Origin: an uncultured Nitrospina sp.
Lineage (GTDB): Bacteria; Nitrospinota; Nitrospinia; Nitrospinales; VA-1
NCBI GenBank assembly: GCA_964510965.1
Contig: CAZECX010000003.1
Location: 9,670-73,669, forward strand
Direction: 5' to 3'
Length of the DNA stretch: 64,000 bases
Shown here: one piece after another, positions 9,464 through 18,521 of the stretch
How the letters are laid out: every line of letters starts with the position of its first letter
How positions within the stretch are numbered: position 1 is the stretch's first letter
Translations under genes and position numbers: made by a program
Notes under the pieces: model-generated
What the model was told of the DNA's origin: nothing
The model's input: only the letters and a program-made list of their open reading frames with translations
Database searches by the model: none

Positions 9464-10488
9464 TGAGGCAGAAAGAACTCCTTATTCTGGTAACGGGTGG
9501 GGCAGGCTACGTGGGAGCTACGTTTATTCGAGATGCTCTTGCTAGAGGCTATCGAGTGCGCTGCCTTGACATATTAATCTATGGGGGCAAAGCCCTGGTG
9601 GGGTTTTTAAGCAACCCAAATTTCGAATTAATCAAAGGGGATGTGCGTGTTAAAAAGGATGTAGAAAAGGCTTTAGAGAATGTTGATATTGTTATCCATC
9701 TTGCCGCTGTTGTAGGCGATCTACCTTGCCAGGTCGCGCCCAAATCATCATTCCAGATAAACTTTCAAGGCACTCAATTGGTGGCTGAATCGGCAAAACA
9801 AAAAAAAATCCGCCGGTTTATATTTGCATCCACATGCTCCAATTACGGCGTGGTAGATCCAGAGATCCCAGCAGACGAAAACCGAAAATTGAATCCTGTC
9901 TCCCTTTACGCTGAAACAAAAATTGACTGTGAAAATTTTTTAACCTCTTTGCAAGATGATTCTTTTTATCCTACTTGTCTCAGATATGGTACTGCCTATG
10001 GTGTTTCCTTTCGCACCCGATTTGATTTGCTGCTCAACTCTTTTATTTATGAGGCGCTATTTGAAAAAGAACTGATGGTATTCGGAGCCAATACCTGGAG
10101 ACCCTATATCCATGTTGCCGATATGTCACAGATTCTGTTAAATATTTTAGCGGCAGATGAAAACACGGTAGGCGGTCAAATTTTTAATGCAGGAGCAACT
10201 AGCGAAAACTATAAGAAAGAAGATGTTGTGCATATGATTGAAGATACTCTTCCGAACATTAAGGCCCACTATTCTGATAGCATTGATGACATCAGAAATT
10301 ACAAAGTAGATTTCACAAAAATTGAACAGACCATAGGGTTTAAACCTACCCTGACCATTAAAGATGGAATTCAGGAGTTAATTTTCTGTTTTCGTACGGG
10401 TGTCCTCTGCAAAATAGATTTTGAAAACAATAATCTGGAAAACTTAAAATTATTTTTTAAACAACAAGAATCCACTCTAGCCAGATAA
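9460..10488 (+). CDS. NAD-dependent sugar epimerase/dehydratase (extended SDR)
   Basis: Glycine-rich loop VTGGAGYVGATF and catalytic YAETK (YxxxK). GGAG SD, and the start overlaps the upstream stop. Confidence 0.8.
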   Translation: MMRQKELLILVTGGAGYVGATFIRDALARGYRVRCLDILIYGGKALVGFLSNPNFELIKGDVRVKKDVEKALENVDIVIHLAAVVGDLPCQVAPKSSFQINFQGTQLVAESAKQKKIRRFIFASTCSNYGVVDPEIPADENRKLNPVSLYAETKIDCENFLTSLQDDSFYPTCLRYGTAYGVSFRTRFDLLLNSFIYEALFEKELMVFGANTWRPYIHVADMSQILLNILAADENTVGGQIFNAGATSENYKKEDVVHMIEDTLPNIKAHYSDSIDDIRNYKVDFTKIEQTIGFKPTLTIKDGIQELIFCFRTGVLCKIDFENNNLENLKLFFKQQESTLAR

Positions 10489-10560
10489 GTATATATCTGT
10501 TAAATTTCAATCCATTATTCTTAGGAATGTGGTATTAAAAAAATACTTTTGACTACGAAC

Positions 10561-11664
10561 ATGACACAAAAAATTCCCTGGGCTCAACCCGAAATTGATG
10601 AATCCGAACTAAAGCAGGTATTAGATTCCTTTGATGTCAATTGGCTAACCATGGGCCCGAAAGTTAAAAAGTTTGAACAAACAATGGCGGACTACTTAGG
10701 GGTTACTGAGGCCATTGCCGTTACAAATGGTACGGTTGCCTTGGATTTAGCTTTAAAGTGCTTGGGCATTGGTCCTGGGGATGAAGTTATCGTTCCAGCA
10801 ATGACCTATTTTGCCACGGCTTCGGCAGTTTCCTACCAACATGCTACACCGGTTTTTGTCGATATCGATTCAACCTCCTTCAACCTTGATCCAGATAAAA
10901 TTGAAAAGGCCCTCAGCCCTAAGTCCAAAGCTATAATGTTTATTGATTATGGAGGAAATCCGGCGAATATTGAAGGTATTAAGGAAGTTGCAAAAAAACA
11001 CAATTTAATACTTTTACACGATGCCGCTCAATCTCTAGGAGGCATTTATCAGGGTAAACTTTTGGGGGCACATACTCCTGTTTCAACAATGAGTTTTCAT
11101 ATGGCAAAAGTTATGACCACCGTTGAGGGGGGAATGATTTTTACAAATATAAAAGAATTAGCCGAAGAATTACGAATTCGCAGAAACCAGGGAGAATCTG
11201 CCAAATACTTACACTCTCATCTTGGAACAAATGCTAGGATGACGGACTTAAACGCTGCTATTGGTTTGGCTCAATTTAAAAAACTTCCATGGATGTTAAA
11301 AGAACGGCAACGTGTTTCCAAACGCTATGATGATCATTTTAAAAACCACCAAAGAATTCAAGTCGCATCTTGTCAACGTTCGAACTCTCAAAATTCATAT
11401 TTTTTTTATCCAGTACTTGTGAATGGGCGGGATTCGGTTGTCGATCATTTAAAGAAGAACGGAATTGACACACGAATTGCCTACTCCCTTCCACCCTATA
11501 AACAGGAACTATACAGTAAGGAAAGAGTAACTTTTCGAAAAATGAATTGCCCAGTCGCGGAAGAATTCACGTCCAAAGTAATTAATTTACCAATATTCCC
11601 ATCTCTGGATAACGAGAAGATCGATACCATCGCTTCTGAAGTTTTGAAGGTCCTAGAATTGTGA
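10561..11664 (+). CDS. DegT/DnrJ/EryC1/StrS-family PLP-dependent sugar aminotransferase
   Basis: The N-terminus IPWAQPEIDESELKQVLDSFDVNWLTMGPKVKKFE and the lysine region SFHMAKVMTTVEGG are typical of the family. The ATG at 10561 is preferred over the ORF-track TTG at 10549; neither has a clear SD. Confidence 0.85.
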   Translation: MTQKIPWAQPEIDESELKQVLDSFDVNWLTMGPKVKKFEQTMADYLGVTEAIAVTNGTVALDLALKCLGIGPGDEVIVPAMTYFATASAVSYQHATPVFVDIDSTSFNLDPDKIEKALSPKSKAIMFIDYGGNPANIEGIKEVAKKHNLILLHDAAQSLGGIYQGKLLGAHTPVSTMSFHMAKVMTTVEGGMIFTNIKELAEELRIRRNQGESAKYLHSHLGTNARMTDLNAAIGLAQFKKLPWMLKERQRVSKRYDDHFKNHQRIQVASCQRSNSQNSYFFYPVLVNGRDSVVDHLKKNGIDTRIAYSLPPYKQELYSKERVTFRKMNCPVAEEFTSKVINLPIFPSLDNEKIDTIASEVLKVLEL

Positions 11665-12359
11665 AGATATTAGGTTTTATTCCGGCTCGGGCAAATTCAA
11701 AAGGACTTCCTGGGAAAAATATAAAACTATTAAATGGAAAACCCTTGATCAGTTATACGATTGAAGAAGCAAAAAAAAGCAGGATAAATCGTATTATTGT
11801 TTCGACAGACTCTCTGGAAATTTCGGAAATCTCCCAGTCTCTTGGTGCTGAAGTTCCTTTCCTGCGGTCGGCAGAATTATCACAGGATGATTCTGTTATT
11901 GAAGATGCCATTCTGGATGTTCTTGAGAAATTAAATAAAAATGAAGGATATCAGCCCAATATGATCGTACTGCTTCAACCCACTAGCCCACTTCGCAAGG
12001 CAACTCATATCGATGACTGCATCAAATTGTTAGATGAAAAAAAAGCCGATTCTGTTGTATCCGTTTCCGAACCGATGGAGCATCCTGCAGTGATGGTAAA
12101 TTGGGATGCACAAGGAAAAATGAACTTTTTATCAGATTTGTTTTTTCAGGAACAAAAAACTCAGCGTCAGGGATACCCAACATTCTTTTTTGTGAATGGT
12201 GCAGTTTACGTATTTAAAATTCAAAACCTGATCAAAAATAAGAGCCGGTATGGGGAAAAAACTTTGCCCTATATTATGCGCCAAATTGATTCTATCGATA
12301 TAAATACTATCGATGAACTTTTGATTGCCGAAGCTCTCCTCCAAGCCAGAAATATCTAG
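11661..12359 (+). CDS. Acylneuraminate cytidylyltransferase family (CMP-nonulosonate synthetase)
   Basis: The N-terminus ILGFIPARANSKGLPGKNIKLLNGKPLISYTIEEA is the CTP_transf_3 signature. Its GTG start overlaps the upstream stop (GTGA). Confidence 0.8.
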   Translation: MKILGFIPARANSKGLPGKNIKLLNGKPLISYTIEEAKKSRINRIIVSTDSLEISEISQSLGAEVPFLRSAELSQDDSVIEDAILDVLEKLNKNEGYQPNMIVLLQPTSPLRKATHIDDCIKLLDEKKADSVVSVSEPMEHPAVMVNWDAQGKMNFLSDLFFQEQKTQRQGYPTFFFVNGAVYVFKIQNLIKNKSRYGEKTLPYIMRQIDSIDINTIDELLIAEALLQARNI

Positions 12360-12368
12360 CCGCTTCAT

Positions 12369-13247
12369 CTAACTAAATTCAGCGATCTTAGCCTCAGTAA
12401 GCTTTAATTGGTTTAAAAGTGTTTCTGTAGATTGACCAGAAACTTCAAGAGACACATACCCCAATTGTTTCCATGGAATATATTTCCAGAACCAAGAGTC
12501 TTCCCGCACAGGCAGATTCTGGTCACTCAATCCATCATTGTCACTAATTTGAGCAACCTTGATGTAAGGAGAAAAACATTCTATAAATTGTACCGGATCA
12601 AAGTCCAGTGTTTTGGAGCTGACTTTTAAATGACCTGTGTCAAGTAAGGCACCCATATGTGGTTTACTAAAGAGACTGCAAAGACGGGTCGATTCATTTA
12701 AATCTGAAAAATGATAGCGGTCATTAACTTTCTCAGGGCAATTGAAGTTTGCTACCACGTTATTTTCTAACAATAACTGAATATTTTTCGTCTTGGCATA
12801 TTCGGCTACTTGGAGGCACGCCTGCTCTAAAACTTCCCATGAATCCTCCAAGCTCATTGACGTCAGATGTGTTTGACCTTTACCAAGATCTGAAGGTTTG
12901 GGAGCAAAAGATAGACCTGCATGCAGAGAGTAAAATTTTGAACCCAGAAACGCACAAAGGTCAATAGACCTTTTACAATGCTTTATGGTTTCGGAAACTG
13001 TGTTTGGATGAGCAAGATTTAGAACAATAGGTATTTCAGGAGCGGGGAAGTAATTGTGTATATAAAATTTTATCTGGCTTTTAAATTTATTAAGAATTTC
13101 TTCAATTTCAGGAAGTGGAAGATGCTGAATATTCCCACTAAGTTCTATCTTATCTATACCATTGCCGACCAGAAGTTCACACAATTCAGGCAAGTTACGT
13201 TCTTTGAAACAGATCGAAGATAAAACCACATTTGCCTGGGTTATCAT
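12369..13247 (-). CDS. Xylose-isomerase-like TIM-barrel protein (sugar phosphate isomerase/epimerase family)
   Basis: 292-aa ORF with a family-typical metal-ligand pattern (FYSLHAG, LLLENN, LLDTGHL). Confidence 0.6.
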   Translation of the reverse strand: MITQANVVLSSICFKERNLPELCELLVGNGIDKIELSGNIQHLPLPEIEEILNKFKSQIKFYIHNYFPAPEIPIVLNLAHPNTVSETIKHCKRSIDLCAFLGSKFYSLHAGLSFAPKPSDLGKGQTHLTSMSLEDSWEVLEQACLQVAEYAKTKNIQLLLENNVVANFNCPEKVNDRYHFSDLNESTRLCSLFSKPHMGALLDTGHLKVSSKTLDFDPVQFIECFSPYIKVAQISDNDGLSDQNLPVREDSWFWKYIPWKQLGYVSLEVSGQSTETLLNQLKLTEAKIAEFS

Positions 13248-13307
13248 TAAAGTTATTTAGCAGATTGAGTGAAAAGTAGACAGAGATGTTCCATGATTTT
13301 TTTAACC

Positions 13308-14252
13308 TCAAACTTCCTCTGGAGAAGACAGTTTACTAAATTGTCCTTTTAGCTCACAACCCAATATTGTTTTTACCTCAAGGATTCCCTCGCTCATTCC
13401 AATTGATAAGATTAAACGTGTATCGTCAAAAACTATCTGACCAAGACTAATATTCTCGGTATCTCCCTTTACATAATTATAATCCAGAAGATGATATGTC
13501 TTGTTTGCAATTTTTATCTTAGGAGGTTCTAGCAAATTGTCAAAGGGGTAAAAGGAAAAAGCTCTTTTAAAGCGGGTAAATTGCTCATACCCCCAGGAGC
13601 AATCTACATATCCGGAGTTAGGGATATCATTACTCGAGTAATATGTCCTTTTACTAAAATCTTGCCTGTAAGATTTAAGGTTATCTTTGCATATTTCAAT
13701 TAGCAATTCTCGGAATAATTTTACGCCCTCAATAATTGACTTCATAATCAAAGTAATCGCTGTTTCAGATTCACTGATACTAAAGTTTGATTGGGCAATA
13801 ATATTGCCCCCGTCAATTTTTTCACTCATAAAATGCCAAGTAACACCATGCATATTTTCATTATTATAAATCGCCCAAGTACATGCATTTAACCCGCCAT
13901 ACTTTGGCAACGGCCCATTATGAAAATTAAGGACAGCCTTAGCTGGTGCCGCAATAATTTCTTGTTTTAATATTTGATGATTGTTTACACTGATTAAATA
14001 ATCAACCTTCAACTCTTTAATTATTTGTATAGCCTTAGCAGAATTTAACTTAACTACAACCTCCGAAGAAATACCACCTTCAGCCAGCTGTTCAGGAAGT
14101 TTTTTATCGAAAAACCCCTTCGACAGGTCAACAAAAACATATTTTATATTTATAAAATATCCAGCAGAGCCTTGATTAAAATTAACTATCTCACTTATGC
14201 AATCTCTGAGAATTTTACCGCTACCAATAAAAGCAAAATTTACCTGTCTCAT
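13308..14252 (-). CDS. Formyltransferase-domain protein (Fmt/ArnA/sugar N-formyltransferase-like)
   Basis: The core LNFHNGPLPKYGGLNACTWAIYNNENMHGVTWHFMSEKIDGGNII matches the formyl_trans_N catalytic region (His...Asp). The start overlaps the upstream gene's stop (ATGA). Confidence 0.75.
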   Translation of the reverse strand: MRQVNFAFIGSGKILRDCISEIVNFNQGSAGYFINIKYVFVDLSKGFFDKKLPEQLAEGGISSEVVVKLNSAKAIQIIKELKVDYLISVNNHQILKQEIIAAPAKAVLNFHNGPLPKYGGLNACTWAIYNNENMHGVTWHFMSEKIDGGNIIAQSNFSISESETAITLIMKSIIEGVKLFRELLIEICKDNLKSYRQDFSKRTYYSSNDIPNSGYVDCSWGYEQFTRFKRAFSFYPFDNLLEPPKIKIANKTYHLLDYNYVKGDTENISLGQIVFDDTRLILSIGMSEGILEVKTILGCELKGQFSKLSSPEEV

Positions 14253-15262
14253 GATGAAACAAACATATACGGGTTTTCTTTAAGTTTAGTCATAAAATAA
14301 TTATACATATAGTCCAAATCAATTACGTACCCCTTAATGTATTTGCTTTTTTTAAGCATATCTCCAGACTCTAAGAACTCATCACAAACCTTGTCATAAT
14401 GCCGTTCTAGTCCCATCTCAGATGCATATAGTTTGACAGTAAAATCCATTTTCACATCTTTATGGATAATATTATTTTTAAAATCCATCCATTTTCTGTA
14501 CGGAACTTTTGAATCTAATTCGGCAACATGAACTACCGAAGCATAATAAAAATCCACACCGATCATCACAAGCTTAAAATTTTGATTAAGTGCTTTTCTC
14601 CATGGTGATTCCTCCCCATAGCAGCGATCATTGTATCCACCACATATCATTTCAGCTACTGGGCCAATTCCACACACCGAATCAAACGGATTTATACTTC
14701 TAATTGCCCCCGGAGTTTTTCTTACCTGTTCACTAATTGCACCATATTTCCCCTCGATTGGGGAATTCTCTGTATCAAACTTTCCTCTCTTAAATTCTTC
14801 AATATTAACGGCTGGCACCAAAAGAGTCCCCTGTTCACCAATCACATCAAATATATTATTCACTGCATCTTTTGGAGTTTCAACAAATGAACTAATAGCA
14901 ACAAAGGACGAATGCAACAGCAAATTATCCCCAGACTGGATGCCAAGGTCAGTCAATATATGTTTAATGCCATCACCTTCAACTCTTTCCTCAACTTCAT
15001 CATCGTCGAACTTCAACATAGAAAAAAGCCCTAAAATAGAAGTGTCAATCTCACCTTCAGACAATGAAATATCCAGATAAACGCTATTTTCCTGTAAAGC
15101 AACAGCTAAATTTAGTAGATCCAAAGAATCAATTAACCCATCCCCTAGTAAAGATTTATTTAGTTCCAATTTTTTCGAATCAGAAAAACCATTATCTAAA
15201 AATTTAATTCTAAAAAATTCCCAGACAAAATTTTTGAACTCACCAATATTTTTAATTTCCAT
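14249..15262 (-). CDS. Fusion protein: acyl/peptidyl carrier domain + aminoglycoside-3-N-acetyltransferase (AAC(3))-fold acyltransferase
   Basis: The N-terminal carrier motif LGDGLIDSLDLLNLAVAL has a DSL serine. The remainder matches the AAC(3) pattern (DLGIQSGDNLLLHSS, GTLLVPA, PGAIRSINPFDS, GPVAE, SVVHVAELDSKVPYR). The start is uncertain: ATG 15262 is used here, with ATG 15280 and TTG 15310 as alternatives. All three overlap the upstream stop at 15252. Confidence 0.75.
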   Translation of the reverse strand: MEIKNIGEFKNFVWEFFRIKFLDNGFSDSKKLELNKSLLGDGLIDSLDLLNLAVALQENSVYLDISLSEGEIDTSILGLFSMLKFDDDEVEERVEGDGIKHILTDLGIQSGDNLLLHSSFVAISSFVETPKDAVNNIFDVIGEQGTLLVPAVNIEEFKRGKFDTENSPIEGKYGAISEQVRKTPGAIRSINPFDSVCGIGPVAEMICGGYNDRCYGEESPWRKALNQNFKLVMIGVDFYYASVVHVAELDSKVPYRKWMDFKNNIIHKDVKMDFTVKLYASEMGLERHYDKVCDEFLESGDMLKKSKYIKGYVIDLDYMYNYFMTKLKENPYMFVSS

Positions 15263-16871
15263 TTTCTGATTTACTCTCATGTTTTTTATAAACTTGTCTT
15301 CTCCAATCAATTAATTTACTTTTATCAATTTTCCCATTATTGTTTACTGGCAGAGAATCCATGAAGTGAAATTCTCTTGGCACCATATAACTTGGAAGAT
15401 TTTTTTCACATGCGCTTATTAAATTTTTCTTATCCAGTAGTTTGCCATCATAAAAAACAATAATATACTCTTGAGCATTAAAATCGGAATACGCTAAAGC
15501 TACCACTCGGCCTGCCTCGTGAAAAGTTCTCACTACATATTCGATTTCCCCAAGCTCAACCCTATATCCTGAAATCTGGACTTGATCATCTGTTCTGCCA
15601 ACAAAAATTAGGTCACCATTTTGGCCCCGCCTTACTAAATCGCCTGTTTTGTACCATACTACTTTTTGTTTAGCAGACCCTTTTTTCTCTATAAATCGTT
15701 CGCGCGTTAACTTTTGATTAGCCCAATACGAAGAAACTACTTGAGGCCCTGACAAACAAAGTTCGCCTGCTTCCCCATTCCTAACAGGCTCATTATTTTC
15801 CCCAACCACTTCAACATTCAGAGAATCAAATGGCTTGCCGATGGGAACTACCCCATTTGGACACTTCGACTCATTAGATATAAATTCATATTCAGTAAAA
15901 AATACGGAAGCTTCCGTTGGGCCATAAAGGTTTACAACTTTTGCTTCCGGTGCCGCACGTGAAAACTCTTCCGCCAATTCTTCTATCAGTGGTTCTCCAC
16001 AAAAGAAGGCATATCTCAAACTGGAAAAATAATCTTGTTTTAAAAATTTGAATTTTGAGAGAAAGTTTGCCACGGAAGGGACTGAAGTCCATATCGAAAT
16101 TTTATGCTTAGAAACAAAATGGGCAGGCATTACGCATTGAGATTTTGGTGTGCAATACAAACAACCTCCCGATGCAAAGCTTAAAAAAATTTCTGCCACA
16201 GAAAAGTCAAACGAAAAGTCAGCATTTTGAATAAACCTATCTCCAGGACCAAATCCATACTTGGTCATCATCACTTGAATCAGGTGAAGAATATTTTTAT
16301 GCTTAACCGCTATTCCCTTTGGTTCACCAGTACTTCCAGATGTAAATAGCAGATAAGCAATATCACAATTTGGATTTATTCCTATCCCCTTACCTAAACA
16401 CTCTCCCTTAGGAGCTGGATCATTTTTTTCAACACATAAAATTCTATGTTTCTTGGAAAGCAACCCTAAGTCGGCATCATTAGCATCCAATACTATGATT
16501 GTAAACGCAGGACTATCTTCAGGCAAAAAATCTAAAAGCTTTTTTATTTGTTTGCCTTCTGTTAATATTGTATTTATATTAGAGTTTAATAAAATTATTT
16601 TGTTTTTATTCGAAGGCAAACTTGGATTTAAAGGAACATACCCTTTTCCTTGGTATAATATTGATAGTATAGCGGTATACATCGCGAGACTTCTATATGC
16701 GAATATACCAATTAGGCAATCTTCTGAGTCAACTTTTTTCAATAGGCTTGATGTTCTTATCACATAGCCAGCTAGCTTTCGATAGCTATAATATTCGCCA
16801 TCAACAAATAATGCGTTATTACCTGGATATTTTTCAGCACTAGAAATAAACCCATCTACCAAATTACCCAT
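15252..16871 (-). CDS. Stand-alone adenylation enzyme (DltA / NRPS A-domain-like, ANL superfamily)
   Basis: Core motifs are present: LLFTSGSTGEPKGI, YGPTE, YKTGDL, GRTDDQVQISGYRVELGEIE and NGKIDK. The ATG at 16871 has AAGGAG 7 nt upstream, whereas the ORF-track TTG at 16889 has none. Confidence 0.85.
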   Translation of the reverse strand: MGNLVDGFISSAEKYPGNNALFVDGEYYSYRKLAGYVIRTSSLLKKVDSEDCLIGIFAYRSLAMYTAILSILYQGKGYVPLNPSLPSNKNKIILLNSNINTILTEGKQIKKLLDFLPEDSPAFTIIVLDANDADLGLLSKKHRILCVEKNDPAPKGECLGKGIGINPNCDIAYLLFTSGSTGEPKGIAVKHKNILHLIQVMMTKYGFGPGDRFIQNADFSFDFSVAEIFLSFASGGCLYCTPKSQCVMPAHFVSKHKISIWTSVPSVANFLSKFKFLKQDYFSSLRYAFFCGEPLIEELAEEFSRAAPEAKVVNLYGPTEASVFFTEYEFISNESKCPNGVVPIGKPFDSLNVEVVGENNEPVRNGEAGELCLSGPQVVSSYWANQKLTRERFIEKKGSAKQKVVWYKTGDLVRRGQNGDLIFVGRTDDQVQISGYRVELGEIEYVVRTFHEAGRVVALAYSDFNAQEYIIVFYDGKLLDKKNLISACEKNLPSYMVPREFHFMDSLPVNNNGKIDKSKLIDWRRQVYKKHESKSENGN

Positions 16872-17084
16872 CACAAACTCCTTGCACAAGAAGGGCTTAG
16901 TAGAAAGTCTCTCTTGCTATTAACATCAAATGACATGCAAATGTTTAACAGGAAATACCCGCCTAGCACATTAAAACCAAACGGGCTAAACTGATACTAT
17001 AAATTTATTCTTTTGAAAACTAATTATTGGCTGAAGACTTATACAGCGATGAAAAAAAATAGAACTTGGTTTAAGTTTTGCGTA

Positions 17085-18260
17085 TCAACCATCCTTCGAC
17101 ATTAGATAATCTGCTAAAATTTCCCAGCATGAATTTTCCGGTGACCCCTGTTTTTTAATATAAGACTCCATATACTGGTCATAACAGTCATGATTAATTT
17201 TCAACTCTCTATCCCAGTCAACTTCCCCTTTACCGGCCCAATAAAAAGATGACTTGCCAAGTTTATTTGCTATGCTTTTACCTAGAGGATCAAAGACATT
17301 TCTTTTTTTGGGGTTGATCTCTAAAAACACAATTGGCTTTTTATAAATTACAGCAAAAGAAACTGTCGTACTACAGAAATTTATTACAAAATGCGCAGTC
17401 TTGACCCACCTGTGAGTCTCTCCTTGCACAATCTCCCTACCTTCAAAAGGATTACCCTTCTCCTTATAATCAACTCGTGGGTGACCCGCCACTACCACTG
17501 ACCATCCAAATTTCTTCTCAATGAGCCTAAAAAAACTGTTTAGATTTGAAAAATATTCTTCAGTTGAACATGGAAATGGGACATTGAAGAAAAATTGATC
17601 GCGGTGAAAAGGACCGCCATGGTCCAAAAAAACTACTTTCTTAGGGCAATCGGCTTTTCCTTTTTCCCTTGTCTCAAGAAGACATCTATCATAATCAGAG
17701 GAATGGGCATCAATAAATTTTGTATTTTCATTTATCATTCGACCAGGGCCCCCTAAAACTGGAGATGCGCCTCCAAGGAGAATGAAATCTAAAGCACGCA
17801 ATCCGAGTTTTTCAGGAGGCACTTTTCGGAGGAGAAAATTTACACCCACGGAAGGCTTTCGGATGAGCTTTTCAATTCGCGATAGAAAACTGCTTTCACT
17901 TTGCGGTATTGGCAAATCACCTAGTCTTACCATTCCCCAAAATGCTTTTATTCCAGCAATATAGCGCAGCAACTTCAAAGTTTTAATAGTGGGGGTCAAT
18001 TCTGTTATTAATACATCTTTAGGGGTCAAGCTGGCTATTCTGCCCAAAAGAAAATCTCTTTTGTCGAAATATCGCAACCCTGAAAACCCATCTTTTTTTT
18101 CAACTCGATGGGTTCCCTGGAATTGCGCTCTGAATATTCTTGAACAATCCCAATATTCTACAGCAAGCCCTCGTTCTTCTAAAATGTCGATACCGAACCT
18201 GTCGTGATTGAATTTAGAATACTTGTCTTCACGTAAAATAATAATTCGTTCAACAGGCAT
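17085..18260 (-). CDS. Uncharacterised protein, possible GT-B-like glycosyl/phosphotransferase
   Basis: 391-aa ORF. Its C-terminal half (VVVAGHPRVDY, VINFCSTTVSFAVIYKKPIVFL, terminal GSPENSCWEILADYL) parallels the C-terminus of 4617-6707. No named family is recognised with confidence. Confidence 0.3.
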   Translation of the reverse strand: MPVERIIILREDKYSKFNHDRFGIDILEERGLAVEYWDCSRIFRAQFQGTHRVEKKDGFSGLRYFDKRDFLLGRIASLTPKDVLITELTPTIKTLKLLRYIAGIKAFWGMVRLGDLPIPQSESSFLSRIEKLIRKPSVGVNFLLRKVPPEKLGLRALDFILLGGASPVLGGPGRMINENTKFIDAHSSDYDRCLLETREKGKADCPKKVVFLDHGGPFHRDQFFFNVPFPCSTEEYFSNLNSFFRLIEKKFGWSVVVAGHPRVDYKEKGNPFEGREIVQGETHRWVKTAHFVINFCSTTVSFAVIYKKPIVFLEINPKKRNVFDPLGKSIANKLGKSSFYWAGKGEVDWDRELKINHDCYDQYMESYIKKQGSPENSCWEILADYLMSKDG

Positions 18261-18521
18261 GGGGAAATATTATTTTTGCAATCATTAATGATAAGCTTAG
18301 AGAATTTTATGCCTGCGGCCGTATAAAAAAAGCTGACCACTCATATTTTCGAGATCATTGCAAGCTGAGCTAAATGCAGACGGTAGATTTGTATTTATTT
18401 CACAAACAGAAATTTGAATTAATCTAAGCATTTTAGAAAAAATAAATCAAGAAAATTGCAAATGGCTTAAATTGGGTATCGTTATGGGAAGGTCGCTTGA
18501 TTTCCGCCTATTACCTCTTCG

